A model generated the notes under the pieces. That model worked only from the letters and a program-made list of their open reading frames with translations, did not search any database and was not told the origin of the DNA. From positions 13,622 to 77,621 of the forward strand of contig CAWGWX010000034.1 in the NCBI GenBank assembly GCA_963826355.1: DNA of 64,000 bases, read 5' to 3'. This document shows positions 57,426 through 64,000 of this stretch, piece by piece. A program made the position numbers and the translations under genes. Every line of letters starts with the position of its first letter. Positions within the stretch are counted from its first letter, which is position 1. This stretch comes from Nitrospirota bacterium. GTDB lineage: Bacteria > Nitrospirota > Thermodesulfovibrionia > Thermodesulfovibrionales > SM23-35.

Positions 57426-58539
57426 ATAATCCCTGAGGCCTGAATATCATTAGGAGTACGAGACCACTTCCGAGTGCAAGCATTCTATAAAGCTGAACCT
57501 CACGTAGAACCTCAGGTAATAAAACAAGAATAATACTGCCTAAAATGACACCTGGGATGCTCCCGAGTCCACCGAGTATGACCATGCAGAGTATAAACAC
57601 AGATTCCATAAAGGTAAAACTTTCTGGAGACACGAAATGCATCTTACCGGCAAAGAGAGTGCCTGCAAGTCCTGCCCAGAAGGCACCGAAAGCAAAAGAA
57701 TATATCTTGTACATGGTTGTGTTTACACCCATAGCAGATGAAGCAACCTCATCCTCTCTTATTGCAATCCATGCCCTTCCTATCTTTGAAGAATATACCC
57801 TCCCTGTCGTAAAAACGGTCAAGATTACAAACACAAGGACAAAGTAATAATAGTAGGAAAGTTCTCCAATAGATATTGACACAATTGAGGGAGAAGCAAT
57901 CCCTGATACCCCGTTTGGTCCCCTCGTCAGGTTGTCCCAATTATTAAGGATGAGCCGGACTATTTCACCGAAACCCAGTGTTACGATTGCAAGATAATCT
58001 CCTCTCAACCTCAATGCAGGTATTGCCAGAAGAAATCCAGCGGCTGTGGAAAACCCGAGAGAAATAGGTAGGGCTGACCAGAAATCGAGCCCAAATCTTG
58101 TATTCAGAAGAGCATAGCTATAAGCACCCATTGCATAGAATGCGACAAAACCGAGGTTCAGTAAGCCAGCGAAACCAACAACCACATTCAGACCAAGGGC
58201 GAGGATTATGTAGATTCCTGAAAGAATTGCAACATCAGTAAAGTAATCAGTAGTAATAAAAGGCAGGATAACAAGCAAAGGGAGTAAGGCATAACGCATA
58301 ACCCGCAAGGGTGGATACCTTATTGACCGTATCTTGTTGCTGATGCTCTGCAAGCTTTCTCTCAACAACTTTGTGTATCTGAGGAGAAATTTCAAGAACA
58401 CAAGAGAGAGTGAAAGAGCCAAGAAGAGGATTAATGCAGCCTTGAGCCCCTTGAAGGGAAAAAAGAGAAAGGCTAACCACAATGCTATTACTAATGGCTT
58501 TGCCCTGTAGAGTCTTTCTCTGAAACTTATAATTCGCAA
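57394..58539 (-). CDS. livM: Branched-chain amino acid ABC transporter permease
   Basis: Polytopic membrane protein. It has a LivM-type core (NLGFVAFYAMGAY, IPALRLRGDYLAIVTLGFGEI). The true start may be internal. Confidence 0.85.
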   Translation of the reverse strand: MRIISFRERLYRAKPLVIALWLAFLFFPFKGLKAALILFLALSLSLVFLKFLLRYTKLLRESLQSISNKIRSIRYPPLRVMRYALLPLLVILPFITTDYFTDVAILSGIYIILALGLNVVVGFAGLLNLGFVAFYAMGAYSYALLNTRFGLDFWSALPISLGFSTAAGFLLAIPALRLRGDYLAIVTLGFGEIVRLILNNWDNLTRGPNGVSGIASPSIVSISIGELSYYYYFVLVFVILTVFTTGRVYSSKIGRAWIAIREDEVASSAMGVNTTMYKIYSFAFGAFWAGLAGTLFAGKMHFVSPESFTFMESVFILCMVILGGLGSIPGVILGSIILVLLPEVLREVQLYRMLALGSGLVLLMIFRPQGLFGGKDASLRS

Positions 58540-58568
58540 AGCGGCCTCATCACAGTTTAAATCTTTTC

Positions 58569-59462
58569 CTATACTACTGCCTTTCCAAAAAGCCCACTCG
58601 GTCTAACGAGGAGTATTATGATCAGGATAGCAAATGCATAGGCATCCTTATATTCGTTTGATATATAGCTTGCACCGAAGCTTTCAACAAGCCCGAGCAG
58701 GATGCCTCCAAACATCGCACCCCGTATGCTACCTATCCCGCCCAGGACTGCAGCAGTAAAAGCCTTAATGCCTGCAATATACCCGATAGAATAATTGACA
58801 AGACCGTAGTACATAGCAACCATAAAACCTGCGACTGCAGCAAGACCTGAACCGATAATAAAGGTTGTTGAGATGACAGTATCAATATTAATGCCCACAA
58901 GAGAGGCCATTATTTTGTCCTGTGCAACAGCCTGCATTGCCTTTCCCATCTTCGTCTTTCTCACAAAAAAACGGAGGGATATCATCAAGATTGCTGATAT
59001 GAGTATGATAAATATCTGCAGGTATGTCATCCTCACAGATAAAAACTCAATTCCTGAGTTTTCGAAAAGAGTTGGGAAAACTTTGTCTGTAGCCCCCTGT
59101 GTGAGCATCACGTAATTCTGAAGGAATATGGATACGCCGATAGCGCTAATCAGTGGACTCAGTCTGGGAGCATTTCTCAGTGGTTTGTAGGCTATCTTTT
59201 CTATGGTAAAACCATAGGAGGAACAGAAGATTATTGACAGAAGCAAGGTGAGAATTAAGGTGAGGGTGAGGCTGTAGTATGTAAGACCTGTGGCTGTAAA
59301 AAACCCGAGAAATATAATACCGAGGTATGCTCCAAGCATATAGATCTCCCCATGAGCAAAATTGATGAGCTCGAGTATTCCGTAGACCATGGTATAACCG
59401 AGCGCGATGAGCGCATACACACTGCCGAGGGTAAGTCCATTGATCAATTGCTGTAAAAACAT
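58569..59462 (-). CDS. livH: Branched-chain amino acid ABC transporter permease
   Basis: MFLQQLINGLTLGSVYALIALGYTMVYGILELINFAHGE. Confidence 0.9.
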   Translation of the reverse strand: MFLQQLINGLTLGSVYALIALGYTMVYGILELINFAHGEIYMLGAYLGIIFLGFFTATGLTYYSLTLTLILTLLLSIIFCSSYGFTIEKIAYKPLRNAPRLSPLISAIGVSIFLQNYVMLTQGATDKVFPTLFENSGIEFLSVRMTYLQIFIILISAILMISLRFFVRKTKMGKAMQAVAQDKIMASLVGINIDTVISTTFIIGSGLAAVAGFMVAMYYGLVNYSIGYIAGIKAFTAAVLGGIGSIRGAMFGGILLGLVESFGASYISNEYKDAYAFAILIIILLVRPSGLFGKAVV

Positions 59463-59517
59463 AGAAGATTTTAGCAGAAAAAAGAAAGGAAGGACAAAGT
59501 GTTGAGATGTGGAGGTT

Positions 59518-60141
59518 TTAGGTTATGCGTTTTTCGGATAGTAATACCATAAACCGTCTCGTATTTTCTCCAATATCCCCACTGAGTATTGCCGATGCGA
59601 TTGCAACAGCATCAACACCAGTATCGAGAACTGACCTGATATTTTCGAGGTTTATCCCTCCTATTGCAACTACCGGGATTTTTGTATGATTTTTTACCTC
59701 ACGAAGTATATCAATCCCCCTCGGTTTTCCAGCATCCTTTGTCAGGGTGTGAAATACAGGCCCGAAACCGATATAATCAGCACCGTTCTTCTCTGCCTCT
59801 ATCGCCTGCTCCAAACTGTGGGTCGAGATACCGATTATCCTGTCCTTGCCTATTATCTTTCGCGCCTCTTTCAGGGGTAAATCATCCTGTCCGAGATGAA
59901 CTCCATCGGCATTTACACAGGTTGCGATATCTACGAAGTCATTTACAATAAACAGGGCGTTATAATCTTTTGTAATTCTTCTGAGCTTGACTGCTCCCTC
60001 GTAAATCTCGTGTCTCGATCTTTCCTTTTCCCTGTATTGGACCCACCGTACACCTCTCATAAGTGCCTTGAGGGTCATGTCCTCGTAGGAAAGACCGGAT
60101 ACCTTACGGTCAGTGATGAAACATAATCCGCCGCGATACAT
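59518..60141 (-). CDS. thiE: Thiamine-phosphate synthase
   Basis: Motifs VQYREK, ADGVHLGQDDL, GISTHS, DYIGFGPVFHTLTK and VAIGGI. Confidence 0.85.
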   Translation of the reverse strand: MYRGGLCFITDRKVSGLSYEDMTLKALMRGVRWVQYREKERSRHEIYEGAVKLRRITKDYNALFIVNDFVDIATCVNADGVHLGQDDLPLKEARKIIGKDRIIGISTHSLEQAIEAEKNGADYIGFGPVFHTLTKDAGKPRGIDILREVKNHTKIPVVAIGGINLENIRSVLDTGVDAVAIASAILSGDIGENTRRFMVLLSEKRIT

Positions 60142-60161
60142 AGAATGGCAAAATGTAATGT

Positions 60162-61547
60162 CTAATCCTTTGTAACTGACAGGGAAGGTTCTTCACGACC
60201 TGTGCTGTTCATCTTCTCGACAAACGTTGTATTAAAGTCACCCTTTATAAAATCAGGATTGTTCAGGACCTTCTTATGAAATGGAATGGTTGTTTTCACG
60301 CCTTCGATGATAAACTCATCGAGGGCACGCCTCATTCGGGCGATAGCCTCTTCCCTGTCTTTTCCGTGAACAATCAGTTTAGCAATCAGAGAATCATAAT
60401 GAGACGGTATAACATATCCAGTATATATTGCAGTATCTACTCTGACACCCGGTCCTCCGGGGAGAGAGAGGTATGTAATCCTTCCTGGAGAGGGGATAAA
60501 CCTTTCAGGGTCTTCTGCATTAATCCTGCATTCTATGGCATGGCCTGACGGTCTTATCCGGGCCTGCTTGTATTCTAAAGGAAACCCGGCTGACAGCTTT
60601 ATCTGCTCCTTTATGATATCAATACCTGTGACTGCCTCGGTCACAGGATGCTCAACCTGTATACGGGTATTCATCTCCATGAAATAGATATTACTGTCGT
60701 GATTGACGATAAATTCTACAGTACCTACATTTCTATATCGTATAGCACGGGCAGCCTTAACACCTAACTCTCCAATCTTTTTCCTGAACTTTTCTGATGC
60801 CGCGATAGGTGATGGAGACTCTTCTATAAGTTTTTGATGCCTCCTCTGTATTGAGCAGTCTCTTTCATTGAGGTGGATAATATTACCTTTATTGTCTGCT
60901 ATGATCTGCACCTCTATGTGCCTTGCCTCGGGTATGTATTTCTCTATATAGAGCTCACTATTGCCAAATGCAGTGAGTGCTTCTCTCTGTGCCACGTAAA
61001 GTGCTTGTTCGAGGTCTTTCTCCTCTTTTACAATCCTCATTCCATGGCCTCCTCCACCTGCAGAAGCCTTGATTACTACGGGGAATCCGATTTTCTTTGC
61101 AGCCTTCATAGCCATTTCTTCTGAAGCAACGGGTCCGTCACTTCCCGGCACAACAGGCACACCTTTCCTTTTCATTATCTGCCGAGCCTTTGCCTTGTCA
61201 CCACCGAGTCTTATATTCTCAGGTGTTGGGCCTATAAATGTGAGGCCAGAAGTGACGCAGGCCTCAGCAAAATGGTAATTCTCTGATAGAAAACCGTAAC
61301 CAGGATGAATAGCATCCGATTCTGTTATCTCAGCAGCACTCAATATAGCAGGAATATTTAGGTAACTCTGGTTTGGGTTTGCAGGTCCTATACATACAGA
61401 TTCTTCGGCAAGCCTGACATGGAGTGAGTCTTTTTCTACGTCTGAGTAAACAGCGACAGTCTTTATTCCGAGTTCTTTACAGGCACGGATGATCCTGACA
61501 GCTATTTCCCCACGGTTCGCTATTAAGATCTTCTTGAATAGTTTCAT
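60162..61547 (-). CDS. accC: Acetyl-CoA carboxylase, biotin carboxylase subunit
   Basis: Motifs [41 protein letters not shown]. Confidence 0.95.
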   Translation of the reverse strand: MKLFKKILIANRGEIAVRIIRACKELGIKTVAVYSDVEKDSLHVRLAEESVCIGPANPNQSYLNIPAILSAAEITESDAIHPGYGFLSENYHFAEACVTSGLTFIGPTPENIRLGGDKAKARQIMKRKGVPVVPGSDGPVASEEMAMKAAKKIGFPVVIKASAGGGGHGMRIVKEEKDLEQALYVAQREALTAFGNSELYIEKYIPEARHIEVQIIADNKGNIIHLNERDCSIQRRHQKLIEESPSPIAASEKFRKKIGELGVKAARAIRYRNVGTVEFIVNHDSNIYFMEMNTRIQVEHPVTEAVTGIDIIKEQIKLSAGFPLEYKQARIRPSGHAIECRINAEDPERFIPSPGRITYLSLPGGPGVRVDTAIYTGYVIPSHYDSLIAKLIVHGKDREEAIARMRRALDEFIIEGVKTTIPFHKKVLNNPDFIKGDFNTTFVEKMNSTGREEPSLSVTKD

Positions 61548-61697
61548 CTCAATTGGCGCGGTTATGGTTACGAAGCCCGTTTCGACTGTTGGCCACGTTT
61601 TTCGGCTCTTTTACATACCGGGTAACGTTACCCCGAAAGCTTTCGGGGGCATCGTGGCCGTGACCTTTTGACATCTCTTTTGCTAATAACTCTTTGT
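61548..61697 (-). other. 150-nt palindrome-rich insertion between accB and accC; may encode a 41-aa ORF (61549..61674)
   Basis: GGCCACG (61591-61597) pairs with CGTGGCC (61653-61659). These enclose GGTAACGTTACC and CCCCGAAAGCTTTCGGGG. A minus-strand ORF ([41 protein letters not shown]) ends 1 nt before the accC ATG. Confidence 0.4.
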
Positions 61698-62129
61698 TCA
61701 TACCGGCTCAATAAGGAAAAGAGGCTCACCATATTCAACGGGCTGACCATTCTCTACTAAGACCTTAATAACAATGCCATCAGCCTCGCTTTCTATCTCA
61801 TTCATGAGCTTCATTGCTTCAACGATACAGAGAACCTGGCCCTTCTTTACCTTCGATCCTACCTCAACAAATGGAGCAGCCTCAGGTGAAGGAGCCCTAT
61901 AGAACGTGCCGACAATCGGTGAGGTTACGGTAATAAGCCTCGTCTCTTCTTCGGCTTCCTGCGTTACCTTCTCTTGGAGACTTCCAAATTTCTGCACTGA
62001 GATCTCCATGGGTGATAACATTTTCTCCCTTTTGATCCTTACCTTTGTGCCGTTTTTTTCTAATTGTAGTTCCGTAATATCCGTCTCCTTGATAAGCTCT
62101 ATAAGTTCTTTTAAATCATCGAGTTCCAT
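61698..62129 (-). CDS. accB: Acetyl-CoA carboxylase biotin carboxyl carrier protein
   Basis: Biotinyl motif [13 protein letters not shown]. Confidence 0.9.
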   Translation of the reverse strand: MELDDLKELIELIKETDITELQLEKNGTKVRIKREKMLSPMEISVQKFGSLQEKVTQEAEEETRLITVTSPIVGTFYRAPSPEAAPFVEVGSKVKKGQVLCIVEAMKLMNEIESEADGIVIKVLVENGQPVEYGEPLFLIEPV

Positions 62130-62695
62130 TATTTCACCCTCTCTATATATTCCGATGTCCTGGTGTCTACCCTGATGATATCTCCCTCGTTTATATGAAA
62201 GGGGACTTTAACCACAGCCCCTGTTTCTAATGTTGCTGGCTTGCCACCACCTCCTGATGCTGTATCTCCTTTGAATCCTGCAGGGTCTGTCTTTTTGACC
62301 AAGAGTTCAACAAAGGTGGGGAGTTCTACACTCAGGGGTTCTTCTTTCCAGTAAAGAATTCCAACAACCATATTTTCCTTGAGAAATTTCTTTGCCTCGC
62401 CGAGATGGTCAGCAGTAAGGGGAACCTGCTCGTATGTCTCATCGTCCATAAAATAATACATATCCTCCTGCATATAGAGGTATTGCATCTTCTTTTCCTC
62501 AAGCTGAGGGGTTTCCAATTTTTCACCTGACCTGAAAGTCTCTTCAAGAACACTCCCGGTCTTGAGGCTCTTCAGCTTTGTCCTGACAATAGCTCCACCT
62601 CTGCCCATCTTCACGTGCTGAAAGTCTATTATCTCGCAGGGTTCGCCTTTAAATTCTACTTTGAGACCCTTTCTGAAATCACTTGTTGTAACCAA
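62129..62695 (-). CDS. efp: Elongation factor P
   Basis: Motifs [38 protein letters not shown]. Confidence 0.95.
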   Translation of the reverse strand: MVTTSDFRKGLKVEFKGEPCEIIDFQHVKMGRGGAIVRTKLKSLKTGSVLEETFRSGEKLETPQLEEKKMQYLYMQEDMYYFMDDETYEQVPLTADHLGEAKKFLKENMVVGILYWKEEPLSVELPTFVELLVKKTDPAGFKGDTASGGGGKPATLETGAVVKVPFHINEGDIIRVDTRTSEYIERVK

Positions 62696-62908
62696 ATCAA
62701 TACCCCATTGTAATCAAAAGAGTAAACAATTTTACCATTTTTTATAAGATATTGCCTTAGATAAATTTTCCTTTTATTCTGATTTTTCAATATGAGAAAA
62801 GAACCTTTTTGGTTTCTCGAAAAATTTAACTACTCTATCACAGTCCTGAGATAATTTCTATTCCCGTCACATCCAAAACCTGAGAGAAAATTTGATTGGA
62901 AAGACAGA

Positions 62909-63997
62909 TTATCTTATGATATCAAGTTTTTTTGCAAGGGTTGTCAGGGGCTCAGAGCCATCAGGTGTAACCATTATCATATCCTCTATTCTCACTCCTC
63001 CAACTCCTGGCAGGTAGATACCTGGCTCAATGGTAAAAACCATATTCTCTTTCATAATCTCTCTTGTATTCTGTGTTATTCGTGGTAATTCATGGACCTG
63101 AAGGCCAACCCCATGGCCAGTTCCATGTCCGAAGAACTCGCCATAACCTGCCTTTTTTATAAAATCCCTTGCAGAACTGTCTACCTCTTGAGATTTTATC
63201 CCCGGGGAAACGAGAGAAATGGCCCTTTTGTTTGCCTCTAATACAATTTGATAGATATCCTTCTTTTTATTGATATCATTTCCTTTATCTATGAGCAATG
63301 TCCTTGTCATATCGGAGAAATACCCATCAGCCTCTCCACCCCAGTCCACAATGATAAGGTCACCGTTCATGAATTTCCTTTCTGTCGGCTTTGCATGAGG
63401 CATGGCTGAATTCGGACCTGATGCAACGATAATTTCAAAGGGAAGATGCCTGCAGCCTTTCTTTTTCAGTCTCTCTTCGAGTCGCAGGGCAATAGATCTT
63501 TCCCTCACCCCTTGCTTGATATATGGCCTTACTTCAAGAAAGGCAGTCTCTGCACGCCGTATCGCCTCTCTGATTGAACGCATCTCATGGGAATCCTTTA
63601 TTTCCCTCAACCTTTCAACAAGACCTTTAAAGGCTTTAAGGTTTAAATCTCTTGATAACTTTCTAAAAAAATCATAAGAAACAGAAGACTCGAAGCCGAG
63701 CTCCTTGATGCCTATCCTTCGAGAGAGGTCTTTTATGGCTTTAATCATCCTCCGTTTTTCTATAAGAATATCCCAGCCTTCTATCTCCCTTTCTGCCTGC
63801 TCTTTATATCTGAAGTCTGTTACAAAGATATTTTCTTTCTTTGTGATGAGGAGAAGAGCCGATGAGCCTGAAAAACCGGTAAGATATCGAATATTATGCA
63901 TATCGGAAACAAGGAAGCCATCAATACTTTTTCTTCTGAGAGACTTCTTTAGTTTATCGAGTCGAGAAGAATAATGAGTGATGGATGATTGAATCAT
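62909..63997 (-). CDS. pepP: Xaa-Pro aminopeptidase (M24B)
   Basis: Creatinase-like N-terminus. M24 motifs: DWGGEADGYFSDMTRT, HGTGHGVGLQVHE, EPGIY and GGVRIED. Confidence 0.85.
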   Translation of the reverse strand: MIQSSITHYSSRLDKLKKSLRRKSIDGFLVSDMHNIRYLTGFSGSSALLLITKKENIFVTDFRYKEQAEREIEGWDILIEKRRMIKAIKDLSRRIGIKELGFESSVSYDFFRKLSRDLNLKAFKGLVERLREIKDSHEMRSIREAIRRAETAFLEVRPYIKQGVRERSIALRLEERLKKKGCRHLPFEIIVASGPNSAMPHAKPTERKFMNGDLIIVDWGGEADGYFSDMTRTLLIDKGNDINKKKDIYQIVLEANKRAISLVSPGIKSQEVDSSARDFIKKAGYGEFFGHGTGHGVGLQVHELPRITQNTREIMKENMVFTIEPGIYLPGVGGVRIEDMIMVTPDGSEPLTTLAKKLDIIR

Positions 63998-64000
63998 AAT

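Overview
This window is a gene-dense bacterial chromosomal segment of moderate GC, with an anaerobe-type gene content. No rRNA, CRISPR array, intact IS element or prophage was seen. The housekeeping backbone has strong motif support. It includes polA, tig-clpP-clpX, rpmB, infB-rbfA-nrnA-like-truB, pilMNOPQ-aroC, rluB-like-aspS and rluD. It also includes fba plus two phosphofructokinases, livJHMGF, thiE, accBC-efp, pepP, msrAB, suhB and one tRNA-Leu(UAG). Between these lie accessory genes: secreted enzymes, SPOR proteins, an ExeA/GspB pair, candidate c-di-GMP receptors and an arsM locus. Five observations stand out. (1) arsM carries an in-frame TGA exactly at a conserved As(III)-binding Cys, followed by a hairpin, so it is a candidate selenoprotein. 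(2) Short purine-rich arrays with 7-8 nt periodicity start right after stop codons, sometimes paired with an inverted array. Two heptamer arrays lie inside aroC, and (TCAGGAG)x4 puts aroC out of frame. (3) A 6S-RNA-like gene with its own promoter lies near 18.5 kb. (4) A SPOR/zinc-ribbon gene contains a 306-bp in-frame tandem duplication that is 270/271 identical. (5) At least 9 genes in 64 kb are interrupted or truncated. Three of these are repaired by adding one A to a short A-run, which suggests sequencing error. Others (VOC, M23, DUF72) look like genuine decay. I did not find a convincing multi-gene novel system such as a defence or RiPP cluster. Coordinates of small features were counted by hand. 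All homology statements come from motif recognition, not from database searches.
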